Below are positions 13,190-26,412 of a stretch of DNA of 64,000 nucleotides, piece by piece. A program made the position numbers and the translations under genes. Source of the DNA: Aplysia californica (Eukaryota); assembly GCF_000002075.1 (NCBI RefSeq), contig NW_004797742.1, positions 475,462 through 539,461 of the forward strand, in the 5' to 3' direction. Under the pieces are notes generated by a model. It was not told the DNA's origin. It saw only the letters and a program-made list of their open reading frames with translations, and did no database searches. Within the stretch, counting starts at the first letter, position 1, and the number at the start of each line of letters is the position of its first letter.

Positions 13190-13618
13190 CATAGCTGCCC
13201 ACCCCTCTCTGTGGCTATCACGGAAAGCCTTGCTCAAAATCAGGGACATTGTCTAATTATCAAAAACTTGCTGCCTTTTCGGTTTCTTTGTTTTACTTGG
13301 TCCAGAGTCTGACTTAGAACTCATCGCCAAATGTTTTGACACCATCTTTTCAAACCAGTGAAGAAGCCGAGCGCCGCGCATGCGTATCGGCCGACTGTGT
13401 CGAAACTGCAAACCTGCCAACTTTCCCGAATTTTTCGGGAATCTCCCAAATTTTCGTCCGTTTTCCCAAGCAAAAGAAGGCTAATTTTTCTGTTTTAGAA
13501 GTATGACTCCCAAGTTATTTTCCGGACCGTCTGTCAAAATCTGTGTTTCCGGGACAACAGCAATTTTTAAAGAAAATCCGTACAAAATGCAGATTGTCCG
13601 GGACAGTGGGCAGCTATG
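13190..13618. mobile_element. Second CATAGCTGCC-terminus TIR element (RCC1 intron)
   Basis: CATAGCTGCCCAC/GTGGGCAGCTATG; flanks CAATGC/CAAAGC (5/6 match). Confidence 0.75.
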
Positions 13619-14103
13619 CAAAGCTGTCTGGTGGACAAAACTACTGTCTACCAGACAGGAATTATGATTTTGGGGAGACAGAGCCCTACACCTCCAGAAG
13701 TTTGTTCATTAAGACCAAGTATGAAGTAGTGATGCAATTGTATCAACAGCTCACTATATCGTGATTCTAATTCAACAGAGATGTTTGTGTAACATTCAAA
13801 CTAAATACTATTTACTGAGGTTAAATCTTTTGTAGAATTAAATATTCAGCAAATGCAGAGCTTTCCACTTTTTTATTTTGCTGTGCCCCAAATGGCCATA
13901 CTATTTTTTTTTTTTATGTTAAGTCCATACTCAGTCACTTCAGACTAAACAATAAACCCTAAGGAAGTGATGTTTAGTAGATTGAAAATGCAACATTCCA
14001 GAAACAATTAGACTTGATTGTCATCTAAGCTCTTTTTACTGTCAACAAAAAGTCTTAGAAGTGCAAATGCTAAAATATGACAACATGACCACAAAAATCT
14101 TAC

Positions 14104-14175
14104 CGAGTCCTTTACGCCCCCCACGAGTAGCAAAACACTCAGCGATTCTTCCCAGCTGGCCCTGTTCAGCGCAAC
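14104..14175 (-). CDS. RCC1: RCC1 coding exon 5 ([24 protein letters not shown])
   Basis: 72-nt exon, ttttag/gtaaga; matches the RCC1 GCxEQGQLGR...RGGR segment. Confidence 0.95.
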
Positions 14176-16287
14176 CTAAAAGTATCAAAAATGAAGGGAA
14201 AAAAATAATGAAATTGTATACAAAAAGAAAATGTCAATAATTTCTACCTAGCCAGGTCCATACAAAGTTATGGCAGATACCTCCCTGGCAAGGGTCAATA
14301 ATCTGCAAATAGTGAGTACTATTTGATGTGGCGGTAAAGAAATAGCAGTTCACCATAAGATAAATATACCACAAAGATGGACAGGGTGTGCAAAAAAAAC
14401 AACAACAAACCCATGTGCTCACACAGCACAAACAAGTCGAAACTGTATATAACGAAACTGATGTTACTTTTGACCAGACCTTCTCTATTGAGAATGTACA
14501 AAAATGTTTCTTTGCAAGACCCATGTCTAACAACTCAAATTACTTTTTCTACAAACTAAAAGCCAATACCAGCCAAAAAACATTTCATCTCATAAATCCA
14601 ATCACATTGGAAACCAAAATTTGTCACATTGTTCATTTGCTAATGCCAGATATGCACCATTTGTTTACAAACTGGCAGCAAGAGAATTATATCCATTGAT
14701 CACATACATCAGTGCCTACCAAGATGGGCAATGTAGCCCACTAGTGAGCAAGTTGGTAATTTTAGTGGGCAGTGGGATCATCCAGATAGGCAGGTATATT
14801 TAATGCGGCATTAGGAAACACAGTCAAACCTGCTCTATCTGCCACCTGTCCGGACCGCAGCTTCCCACTTCCTCCCTTGTCTTCTTTTTATATTATAGTA
14901 ACACTGTCTAAGACAACCATTTTCCTCCTCAGACATTGTTGGCCATATGAGACAATTTCGATTTGACGCGTAGGCAGGCGGCACTAAACTTTTAGCCCCT
15001 TAAAGGTGGAAAAAGTAGACACAAAGTAGGCACCTTTTTCCTGTGCGTTTTAGTTTTGGTAAGTGTTTACGGCACTCACAACTGCTGAAAAATAAGGAAA
15101 ATTCTGCTGCAGGTACCGCCCCCAGCAGGGTCCAGGGACAGTGGGTGGGGGTACAGGGGGCGAAGCCCCCGGAGAAATTGAAATTTAGTGCTTTTAGAGG
15201 GTTGAAAATGGCTTTTGGGAGCCTGTTTGAAGAGATCGCCTAAAAACCATAACATTTATTTATTCACCAACATTTTGTCTTGTTTGATTTCTTCACCAAG
15301 ATCTACATAATATACATCCATTGATGGCAATGTTTAAAAGCAGGTACCCCTTCCATTGCTACTATAATTCAATTAATTTGGCATTGCACCATTGATAGAA
15401 GGCAAACCTGGGAATAATGAATAGATATGTACCGTCACAATATAGTTACCCGGCGTATACCCTAATTTTCCTTAAATTTCACGTCTGAATGTCGCATGTC
15501 ACAACCTCAAAACACCACTCCGAATTATTCTTGATTTTAGTAGTTTTTGGCTGGTTTTAGCATAAATTTCTTTCATCGCAGCCCTTATCGCGTTCTTGTG
15601 CCGTAGAATCTTCATAATGATAAATTCTCTAGATCTAGACAAATTTGTAAAAAAATGTCTTTCTGACAGTAAATTTCTGTCCAAAATCACAAATTAATTT
15701 ACTTGATCAACGCGCAGATTTTCCAGCCGCGGCATCAGTCCGAAGATAGACAGACGGAATGAGTGAATGATAGAAAGGAGGAAATTGGCACAAAAAGTTC
15801 GCCAGATTTTGATCAATCCACAGGTAAAAATGTACTGACCAACCCACAATGAAAGCATGGGGCATAGGGGAATAATGGCCAATTGCAGGAAATGCGCAAT
15901 CTGGCAGGTTTCTATAACATTAACTTATTGCCAAGAGAATTACCGTTAATATCTGTAACTTATGCTAGTACTAGACGATACGAAGACAAGTACGGATCTT
16001 TTGCTACAGAGCTTCGGTAGTCCTACGCAGTCGCAGCTTTTTACAGAGGGAGTTGATAATGATGGAGGAACAAATACGGAACTGGCAGAAAGTACGGATT
16101 TCCGTAAAAATACAAAAGAGTGGAAGCACTGTAAATTTGAATTTAGTACGGGAGGCGGCCGAGGCCTACTCTAATCAATGGGCGCTGGCTACAAAAAGGT
16201 TGACAAGCACTGGAATACGTTGTGTGTGTAAATGCCATTATGGTTCAGTGGTCAAACAGACACCAGACAGAACCCAGTACAGCCTAC

Positions 16288-16432
16288 CTAGAGTGAGAAG
16301 CTCTCCTCTGTCAGTGAGACAGGCCAGGTGGTCACTTCCTGATGCTATTTTGATAATCACCTCCTCTTGAATCAATTCCACAGGTGTCTTCTCAATACCA
16401 TTTGATGTTAAGCCTATAGAGCCATTTGCATC
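16288..16432 (-). CDS. RCC1: RCC1 coding exon 4 (DANGSIGLTSNGIEKTPVELIQEEVIIKIASGSDHLACLTDRGELLTL)
   Basis: Not in the ORF track; read manually between tttttcag and gtaggc. It completes the FRD-x-NG beta-wedge and carries the IASGxDHL blade motif. Confidence 0.95.
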
Positions 16433-16723
16433 CTGAAAAAAAAAGTGTCATATCATGAGCCACTTTCAACTCAGTTCAGAGACATATTGACACAAATTGC
16501 ATCCAGCAATAAGCAAAATGCCCTTGAAGAAGTCCATAAGCTCAGAAGTAATCTTTCGTTCTTTAACTCTAAACTGGAATAAGTGTGAAAAAACATTGTC
16601 AATGAATAAAAATTCTATGCCAGAAACTCATCACACAAAAGGTAAAACATAATACTGCTGCTACATGCAAAGCAGAAAATTAACCGTCCAAATCTCACAA
16701 CAACAAACATTCAGTTAACACTT

Positions 16724-17265
16724 AATAATAATGACAATGTAGATCATTTCTATAGCGCCCACTCCCGTGTTAACACAGCTCTAGGCGCTTTACATAAATG
16801 CATGTACGAACAATATTCACCCACGCGCACACACACCCTCACACATTACACACACATGGACGTCAAATACACACACACACCTACTTGCTTATTACATGTG
16901 CACGCTTACACATCGTTACGAAATGGGGACATACAAATTCACATAATAAAATAATATACACAATGCAATTCGCAAAATACATAAATCGATACATAGTCAT
17001 TTACACAACACTGTACTGAACATAAATCTACTGACATAAAAAATGATGTCATTAAAGATATTTTAAATTTAGACTCAGATGTTGTATGTCTCCAGGGTTA
17101 AGATCGCCTGATCTTAGTGATTTTTTAAATGGAACATAAATCTGGATGAGACCATTAAGATATGAGGGAGCTTTGTTACTGACACATTTATGACATAATG
17201 TTGCAATTTTATACGACATTCTAGCTGACACGGGGAGCCAATGCAACGTTCTTAACATGGGGGTA
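16724..17265 (-). mobile_element. L2/CR1-group LINE 3' relic
   Basis: LRTLHWLPV..R..YKIA.L.HK...APSYL translation; 3' end TGTAAAGCGCC...GCGCTATAGAAAT + (ATT)n. Confidence 0.8.
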
Positions 17266-18036
17266 ATTTATCCTGTATGCCAACTTGAGAAGCCACAATC
17301 CATCCACAAGATACGAAAAAGACCAAAAAATTACAGAGCAGGAGAAAAACGCAGCCTGTCAGGCACAGAACACCAACACACCTGAGACAGGTGATTTTTT
17401 TCTACATGTAACACTAAACAACCTTTAAAAATGTACCCCGCCAGCAGCACACTTCACTTTTTTTTAAAGTCATTTGCGTGGTAGGAGTGCCTTTTCGAAG
17501 CTCATCATGGACTTAAGTTTAAGCCCTTCAGCCTCATGCAATATCATAGATGGAAAAGGCTTTTCTTTGAGTTGCTGCCCCTAGAATCTTATAAGTAGAA
17601 GCTGTTAAATGTCCCACACGATGAGGCATTCGAAAAGTTGTAGTTCATGGCAAGTTAACAAGATAAAAGTCACATTTCACCTTAAGTATTTACTTTCCTT
17701 GTAAAGTATTCCCACAATAGGGGGGAAAATCCTAAAATAGAAGCAATATATTTATCACCTATTTCATACCTTTAGAAACCCTCACCACACACTTAAAAAG
17801 CTCTCCTAAGCTCTAAACATTTTCTACACTTGGAGATGAAAGACTAAATGTATTTTTTTTAACAAACATTTGTGCACATTAGTTAATTATTTTCTCAGTA
17901 GATACTGTGTCAGGAAAGCTTCTCTGGTTTCCTTACTTTCATCTTGAAAAACCTACAAAGTACAAAGTCCACAAAATGTAAACTACCAGATGGTCAGGGA
18001 ATACAGCATACTAATATTAAAACAATCAATCATATA

Positions 18037-18473
18037 TGTGAGGCAGCGTGGTGGAATCAGGCTCTTGTCAACATAATCAAAGTGAAGAAACTTGCATGTT
18101 TCTGCAGGTTTGTGAATTTTTGTCAAATTTTCGTTTTTTGGCTCAGCACCTTTCATGCCTATTAAAGAACTCATTTCTATGTGGATTTTTTTTTTACGCC
18201 AATTCAAGGTACAATAAATGTAAACTTTCAGTTGCCACGGGCTCTTAAGCTAAGGAAATAATTAACTAATCTTTGGCGGCCATTTTCTCACTAATTTTAG
18301 CTCTGAAAACAGGTGACCCCCACCTCCTTTATTCGCAAATATCTCGACTTGTATTCAAGATAAATGGATATTTTTTTCATCCAAATAAAGAAGTGAACAA
18401 GCTTTCAGATGATAACAATAACTCTACATGTCCAAAAATTGACGAGAGCTTGGTTCCATCACGCTGCCTCACA
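18037..18473. mobile_element. MITE with TGTG...CACA termini (copy 1, RCC1 intron)
   Basis: ~35-bp TIR TGTGAGGCAGCGTGGTGGAATCAGGCTCTTGTCAA; TA-rich flanks; homolog at 44047-44475. Confidence 0.85.
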
Positions 18474-18558
18474 TATTGCACAGTTGCTTCGGATGAAGAT
18501 TTATAAAACAGCTATATCACTTGCACTGCAGACAGAGATTACCTCATCAAACACTTAC

Positions 18559-18738
18559 TCTGAAGTTTCCCCAGGCATATACTCTGCCATCATCTGAGAG
18601 TGCTGCAGTGTGACTGTCACCGCCCGTTACCATGACAATAGGACAAGGGATGTTCACTTTGGCAGGTCTGGTCTCAGAGCCTTCCACACTTGTGTCCCGC
18701 CCTAAGGCACCTTCATCGTTGCAGCCAAAAGTGTATAC
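18559..18738 (-). CDS. RCC1: RCC1 coding exon 3 ([16 protein letters not shown]...[21 protein letters not shown])
   Basis: Diagnostic RCC1 motifs [13 protein letters not shown] and GDSHTAAL; 180 nt, phase 0-0. Confidence 0.97.
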
Positions 18739-19172
18739 CTGAATACAAAACAAAGTTCCATGTTCCATCAAGTTGAGATTTTGATATCTCTGTAACAGAT
18801 TCTTTATTTATGGTTGCAACAAATAAAATTAGAGTAATGTAACATCAGAATTAATTAGCAAAAAGGGGAACCAGTAATTTGTAGTATCAAATATTGCAGC
18901 AGCAGTTGGCACTGATTGAACCCAATGTAGAATAGTGTGTGTGCTGATCAACATTGAACTATGTCCTGTGATGTCACTTGTGTTTAGCTTATTAAAATAG
19001 AGCCAAAGTTAGACAGAACATGTAGGTTGTGAGCACATAATTAAATATAAAGGTGAAATTAACATTATGTCCTGAATTTCATTACAAATAATTTTCAAAT
19101 TAACACACAATAAAACTGTTTGCTGTTCTAGTGGTGCAATTAACTGTTTCTGAATACAAAATTAATACAAAC

Positions 19173-19360
19173 CTGGCCTGTACTGGTCAGGCACACAGTA
19201 TGCATGCCCCCCGCACAAACTTGAATGACAGGATCAGGAATATCCACAAAAGACATCCTTGAACGCTCCATTATGTCCTCACCGAGGCCTAACTGGCCCA
19301 CATCTCCTTGACCACAAGTAAGAACCACGCCTTGTGTTGAGCCATGTGAATCATGGCTCA
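19173..19360 (-). CDS. RCC1: RCC1 coding exon 2 (VSHDSHGSTQGVVLTCGQGDVGQLGLG...AGGMHTVCLTSTGQ)
   Basis: RCC1 blade 1 motifs GQGDVGQLGLG and AGGMHTVCL, as in metazoan RCC1; cag/gt boundaries, 188 nt. Confidence 0.97.
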
Positions 19361-19515
19361 CTGGGAGAAGAAAAGAAAGTAAATTTTTTTAAAGGTTAAA
19401 GAAACTAAATAAATGACATTAACACAGTATAAAATACATCCTCGGTGCAAAAGGAAGAGCACACACTTGATAACAATATATTGTCGTCCATTAATAGCAA
19501 CTAAAATACCCTCAC

Positions 19516-19588
19516 CTTTCAATCGTTTCCGAGCAGAACCCTCCTCAATATGATTCAAAGTGCGTTTTTTGCCTTGAGCCTTTGACAT
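19516..19588 (-). CDS. RCC1: RCC1 coding exon 1 (MSKAQGKKRTLNHIEEGSARKRLK)
   Basis: ATG directly follows a polypyrimidine-CAG acceptor; donor G|gtgag; basic bipartite-NLS-like N-terminal tail; phase 1 joins the next exon in frame. Confidence 0.85.
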
Positions 19589-20122
19589 CTGGAACAAAAG
19601 AAAATACACGTTTTACACGCTATAACCATTCAAGTAATCTGTGCCTATACAATACACCATAGGCATCTGTGTGTCTCATAAGCTTGCCACTTTACTTTCT
19701 AGAATACTATTATCAAGTGGGCTATTAAATACTTGCAATAATATTAATACCACAGATTTTTTTAAAAAGAATTAGATCTTGGCTTGATGAAGTTTTCTTG
19801 AAAATTGATTTAAAATGGTAACCTACAACTCAGGGTCTTTCCACCACCATTGCAGTATCATCATTACTTCCAACACCATTTGTCTTTCCACATGTTTCAT
19901 TTCATTTTGTTATAGTTTTTCTGTAATTAATTTTTTTTTTAATCACATTGCACAAAATCGACAGCCAATGGCCTCTTCCCAAAGCTTCTTCTCCCAGAAA
20001 GCCGAGAGTGCAGGAGGGGTCTAGGGCTGTACACATAGCGGCATAAGGCTATGCATACAGGAGCCGTACGAATAAGTCACTTAGATATAATATCACTAGA
20101 TTCTAAATCTAGATCTATTAAT

Positions 20123-22276
20123 CAGAGTGTCTACGTACACGGTAACCGGGCACGTAGTCTCAGTATCTACGTACACGGTAACCGGGTGCTTAGTTTCAAC
20201 GGTCCCTTGAGCTAGGTGCACGGAAAATTATACTTCACTCCCTTCATGGCCTAGACTTTTTACATTTTTCCCCCATTTTCCTGTTGTATTTATTTGTCAG
20301 TTTCACGTAAAACTTTGAACCCAAATAATGGAACACATCCGTTGTGTTTACCCACTTTATAAATATATGAATATGGCCTTTCTTTTTGCCGCAAATGAAT
20401 AGTTATTGAGCTACTGATGTTTGAAAAAATAGAATCAAACCAAACAGAAAAATGGGTCAATGTGACTGTAAACATGGCTTATGCGCATGCACAATTTTTA
20501 CCCTAATTGCATATTAATACTCGCGCATGCGTTGTTCTCGCCATTGCCGTACTGATTTTTTTCTGCGCATGCGCAGTACTAGTTCAGCGAGATTTAAATA
20601 ATTCTGGGAGGTTGTGCCTTGTGACGGTAAATTTCTGATTGCTGTTTGATCTGTACTGTTTTATGATGGGTCTTGTGATGATCATGTGCATTCTTGTGAG
20701 GATCATGTGCCTTCGGGCAAGTCTTTTTTGCTCATCATTCCGTGGATAATTGTGCGTTCAAGATCATTTGTGCTGGATAGTATTTATTAAAATGAACAGT
20801 GATTCTTTGTTGATGGCCTGTGTTTCGCATAGTGATAGTGCTTGTTCTTCGTGCTCTATAGATTATTTTGCAGCTATCCACAGATTTTATGACGATGACG
20901 AGGAGTATAGTAACTATTTAATGAACCATGATTTTCTCGCAGATAAACTTGTGTGCCCTAAGTGCAGTGGAATTTGCACATTTCGACCAAGTCAGCATAT
21001 CTGGCGGTGCAGATCTAGCTCGGTGATTCCGAAACCAAAAAAACTCAAACACTGTGATTTTTCTGTCTCCACATATAAGGGTACTTTTTTAGATGGTTGC
21101 TGCCTTCCTCCCTGGAAGGTTGTATTGTTCGTAAATCACTATCTGAGCCGCCACTGGGACCACAAATTGTTTTATTGGAGTGTTAAAAAATTTCCAGTAA
21201 AATCTCTGTTGACTGGCGGTCATTTTGCTCCGAAATGACCGATGCTTGGTTTTCCAGTCAAGAGGCAATCGGTGGACCTGGGGTGCATGTTGAGATAGAC
21301 GAAACACTGATAGTGCGTTGTAAGTATGAGAGAAGTTGACCCCTAAACCAGATTTGGCTGTTTGGGGGTGTCGAACGAATATCAAAGCAGCAGTTTGTCG
21401 TTGCCCTTACAAGCGACATTGGAGAAAAGAGAAACAAAGAAACCCTGAGGGCTTTGATTGAAAAGTACATTCGCCCAGGATCCGTAATCTTCAGCGATTC
21501 TTAGAAGGCGTACCACGGCCTTGATAAGTTGGGATACGATCATCACATGATCAACCACTCGGAAAGTCTTGTGAGCTCAGAGGACTTAAACATTCACACC
21601 CAAAACATCTAGCAGTTGTGGCGGGATATAAAGGAGTGGGTGAAGCGTCCCGGCATTCGCTCAAAATACCTGTTCTAGTACTTAACACGGTACTTGTGTT
21701 TGTACCTTCGGCAAAACACACGGAAATACCCCGTTTATTCTGGAAAGAAGCCGCCCGACTGTACCCCACCAACTCTGGCCGACGGCGGAGTGTCCAGATT
21801 GAGAGTTCAGAAAGCGAGTGTTCCGAGGAAGAGGGAGAGGAAGAACCCGAAAATTAACGGTGAGTTGTTTAAAAATCTGGGGGGTTCAGGGGAGCTTCCC
21901 ATTATTTTTCTTTTCTTTCCCCTGTAAAGCAATGGTTAGCGGCAATTTTCACGGCCATATTCCTTTTCAGCACCCCAAAAAACGTGAGGTCACCAAAAAT
22001 AGTGCTTTTGCGTGCGGGTGCATCAGTAAAAATTTACCCAATGGAAGAACAACGAATAGATTATTTTTAGGCCTATGTCATAATTGTTACAGTAATCAGG
22101 CCATCATTGGAGAATTCTGGGTGACAAAAGCAAAAGAAGTCAAGGTAATGAAGGGAGCGAAGCATTTATGATTTACCGTGCACCTAGCTCAAGGGGGCCC
22201 CGAAACTAAGCACCTGGTTACCGTGCACGTCGACACTGAGACAACGTGCCCAGTTACCGTGTACAAAGACACTTCC
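20123..22276 (+). mobile_element. Merlin-superfamily DNA transposon (decayed autonomous copy)
   Basis: ~140-bp imperfect TIRs with internal GTACACGGTAACCGGG repeats (20123-~20260 and ~22135-22276) enclosing a transposase pseudogene. Confidence 0.9.
20792..21860 (+). pseudogene. IS1595/ISXO2-like (Merlin) DDE transposase pseudogene
   Basis: N-terminal Zn-ribbon (CPKC...WRC), then a frameshift, then IGGPGVHVEIDET...WLFGGVER...IRPGSVIFSDS*KAY...INHS...HTQNI*QLWR with four in-frame stops. Confidence 0.92.
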
Positions 22277-23383
22277 ATTAATTCTACAAAAACTAGGAGG
22301 AGGGTAGGCTAGGCTACATCATAGGCCTAGATCTAGACAATCTAGATCTAGTCATAATTTAACACTTTGTCCATCCTGCCTCAGCATGGGCGTGGGGCGA
22401 CTGAGAGACGGACCAACAATGAGGACTGAGAATAAAATCAGACATCAGACTGAATTGAACAGTCTCCTCAACTAGAATCTTGAATCTAGATGTCTAGATT
22501 TAGATGTAGATTCTAGATCTAATCTATCTAGAATATAGATCTCGACATTATCTAGATGTAGAAGATCGAGAGTAGAATATAGATCTAGATATTATCTAGA
22601 TGTAGAAGATCGAGAGTAGACTATCTCTGGGTTGGGTATCACGAAAGTGTCTCCACTTCAATCATCACTCCAAACAAATCTAAGAAAATGAGGTGGTTAG
22701 ACTGGTAATTGTTTACTTTCTCGTGTTTAATTCAGGGGGAGGACTTCCTTAACGAGCGACCACTCTGAACTCTGTGAATATTATACTCAATGGCCATCAA
22801 AATTAGTGTAGAAGTAGAAGAAGGCCTAAAGCCAGAATGTTACTACATGATCTAGATCTCTAGATTAGATCTAGATTCGATGTGCCAGACCGCGACAGTT
22901 AATGAGGTCAAGAGGCTGCGACTCTCGTGCGTGAAGAAAACATGAATAGGCGTGTGTGGTCACATAACTGACCTATTTCTTCTCACTTCGGACGCTACTG
23001 CAGTGATCTCCTTTGATATGTGTTCTGGGATTAGGTCGAATCGCAATGCCCCTCGATTGCCCACAGTGCAGCAAGGTGCCGCGACCGCATTATTTTTTTT
23101 CTTCGGTCTGCAATTATGCCCTCGCCGCGTCATTTTGCCTGCCCAGTGCACGGCATTCGATGCTATGGTTCTTTGATAACACAGAGAGAAACTTACTTGC
23201 ATACATTGCTTGTTTTTCATTGTTTTCATTCATTCATGCATTCAGAATGACCACTCATTTTGAAAATAATGAAAAAATTTACTGTCCAAAAAACAAAATA
23301 CAAATATATAAGAAATGAAGTAGTAAAAGGTCTCTTACCCCCCCTCTCTCTCCTTCCCTCTCTCTAACACACACACACTCTCT

Positions 23384-23415
<32 letters not shown>

Positions 23416-23674
23416 TGTACACACATTAAATTAATAAACACATGCACGCATTCTCAAATGATAACAACAACAACAAAAAACTGATAACAAATGGTAACTG
23501 GTTACCAATAAAACATCAATGAAAGGAATATATTTCTCTTTCTCTCTCATACACACATGTACACCCCCCCCCCCCCAACACACACACACTCAAATGAATA
23601 CAGAAACATCAGTAAACTGACTAAAACAATGTAGTGCATTTCTCTCCCCCTCTCTCTTTCTCACTCTCTTTTCT

Positions 23675-26412
23675 AAATGCAAAAGTCACATGTGAAACCA
23701 TTTATACTTTCAATATCCACCTAGTGTACCTGTGACATGGACAATAAATTTATATTTTTTACACAGAGGTGAAATGGTACCATGCAAGGCACATTTCACA
23801 CTGTATCCATCTATCCCCTCCCCAGACTCATTGCTACACACAGGACACACACTCCCAACACGTGCCATGGACAGTTCGATTTCATTCCCAAGACTGTCGT
23901 CAGATAAAATATCATCTGAATGGTCATCCTAAATCATTTCTGTCTTCATCATCGGACGTTTCTGAGTTATACTTCTGGCTCTTTCTTTTTTATCTTTCCA
24001 AAATAGACCTTAACTGTTTGTTTTCGTGCTTCTTCTTCTCTGCCATCTCTCTCTTCGCTTTTTTCTGCGCCTTCTGTTTCTGTCTCTCTAGTTGTTGCTT
24101 CTTTTTTTCTTCTTCACACTGCGGCGATTGCCTTTTCTTTTCTTCATTTTGCTTTTTCTTTTCCTCATTCTGTTGTTTCTTTTCTTCAGCCTCTCTCTTC
24201 TTTCTCTCCAATTCCACTTTCTGCTCTGCCTTCTTCCTTGTTTCATCAACCTCTGTCTGTTCCTTTTCTTTCAGTAGTATGATAATTTCGTCCACACTCA
24301 TGAATTCGGGCATTTTTTGCCCTTTTCTTTTCCTCTCTGCCCTCTTACTGGTCTCTGGTGTTGGGGCTCTGAGGGCGTCTTGTGGGGTCTGTAAAACTGG
24401 TTCAGCAGGCCTGGGGGTGGTTAGTTCAGTGTAGTAAACCTTTCACAGGTCAAATAGAGGATCACCTGGGCTGCCATTCTCAAGCCGTTTGAAATATCCC
24501 TGAAGGGTATTGGCATCTACCCGATTGCATATCATGGCGAATTTTTGTAGGGTGTTTCCAAGGGTAGATGCAGGGGATTCTGATGAAGATGAGGCTGAGA
24601 CTGCTCGGGTGACACACGCTGAGGGAGCTGGTGAGACACAGGCTGAGGCTGCTGGTGAGACACAGGCTGAGGGAGCTGTGGAGACACACTCTGAGGAAGC
24701 TGTGGAGAGACACTCTGAGGAAGCTGTGGAGACACACTCTGAGGAAGCTGTGGAGACGCACTCTGAAGAAGCTGGGGAGACACACTCTGAGGAAGCTGTG
24801 GAGACACACTCTGAGGAAGCTCGGGAGGCACACTCTGAGGGAGCTGGGGAGACACAAGCTGAGGCTGCTGGTGAAGCAGTGATGAGGGGTGGTGGTGATG
24901 GTGTGTAACTGGCAAGGGTTGCAGGTGGAGGTGATCTCACCACTAGCTCTCTTAAGTCCACGCTGTTGAAGTCCAGTGGGAAGATCCCACTTTTCCTGAA
25001 GGCAGTGGGGCAGAGGGGCTTTTCCGTTGTCTTCATGTATGCTTTCTTGAAGACAGCAGCGAAGTTTCTTTTTGTCACCACTTCTCCTTTAAAATTTTGT
25101 TCCCTCGCTGCTGTCTTCCATTCCGCCTTCATCGTCTTGAAGACGGCGACATCAAGTGGTTGCATGATGTGGCTTATGTGTGCGGGGAGACAATACAAGA
25201 CTATACTGTTCTCCTGGCAGAGCTGAGAGGCCCTAAGTGACTGGTGGCTCACATGGCCATCCAGAAGCAGCAACACAGGCTTCTTCAAAGCTGCAGTATC
25301 CGGAATGAACACATTCTCCAACCAGTCACCAAAGACCTCTTCATTTATCCCTCCGTTGGATGAGCGGGCGACAAAGGACTCCTGGAAGACGTCTTGGGGA
25401 CGGAAACCATGGAACTGTGTGCCGGGGAAGATGAGCATTGGCTTGGTGTAGTGGCCCACGGCGTTTGCACACACCAAGGCAGTGATCGTTTTTTGGGTCT
25501 CACTGCCAACTTCGTACGTATACTTGTTGTTCATGTCCCCGAGGACTCTCCCAGAAGTCGCATCCACAGCGAAGCCCGACTCGTCTGCGTTAAAAATCCT
25601 GCCCGGTTCTTGTAGGATGGTGGGGTCAATGGATTTGATTGTGTCGCTGAAGCGAGCGAACCACCCCTCAACAGCTTCAGCTGTAAGGCTCGCCCGGAGA
25701 ATGCCAAGCTTCTGTGACTTCCTGAACGTGATGGTTGGGTGCCGCTGGCGGAACAGCCGAAACCACTTGTCACTTGGCTTGTTGTCTGGCCAAGATGTCT
25801 CCCTGCCTCGAACGTCGAGGAACCCTTTCACAGTTAAAAGCAGCTCCTCCTTAGTGCGGCTGAAGCCAGCATTGGCCATTCGGAAGAGCCACTCCACAAC
25901 CTGTCAGGTGAAAGACAAAGAAAAGTTTGATTAGTTTTTAAAAATCTGGAGAGATCTGTTAACATGATTTTGCAAGAAAGGATAAAATGCACAGAATCAT
26001 CAGCATGACAAATATTACCATCATTTTTTTCCTGAGTAGGGAGGAAAATGATAATGCACTGAAACACACAAAATCTGGAAGAGAAAAGTGGTTGGATTAC
26101 ATACCGTACATAAACATGTGATAGATATTGTACACATTATGGATTTAAGATCCATCCCAGATTTTTCCCAGGTAGACAAGAAAGTATTATCTGATCTTAT
26201 CTTACCTCTTTCTCTTCTTCTGGTGTAAGCACCGTTTTATGGGACGGGACAATTTTGCGTCGGCCCGACAGCTTGTCTGAAAAAGTCCCCCAAGGGATCC
26301 CATACATTTTTGCTGCCTGAGATTTTTTCATGCCATTGGCAACTGCATCCATAGCCAGGCGAAGGTCCTCCTCTCTCCATTTGGGGAAATACTGGTTCCG
26401 TTTTTGAGACAT
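23675..26412 (-). pseudogene. pogo/Fot-like DD35D transposase (HTH_psq + CENP-B/Tc5 HTH + DDE_1 + coiled coil + PHD finger), one intron, disabled C-terminus
   Basis: Exon 26412-26206 (psq HTH), GT-AG intron 26205-25901, then an ORF with IFNADESG / LLLDGHVSH / MQPLDVAVF. A stop at 24443 is followed by a K/E-rich coil and a frameshifted CPVC...WIQCEMCLAWYH...FTCDFC. Confidence 0.9.
24598..24880. repeat. 24-bp coding minisatellite (~11 units, xASSECVS peptide)
   Basis: Tandem GACACACTCTGAGGAAGCTGTGGA variants inside the pogo ORF. Confidence 0.95.

Noticed and set aside
20114-22285. Exact 8-9 bp TSD for the autonomous Merlin copy
   Set aside because: Only ATTAAT flanks both ends and a full-length duplication is not evident, so none is claimed.
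23769-24915. Long ORFs on the opposite strand or alternative frames (221, 132, 127, 125 aa)
   Set aside because: They are shadows of the pogo coiled-coil region and the 24-bp minisatellite.
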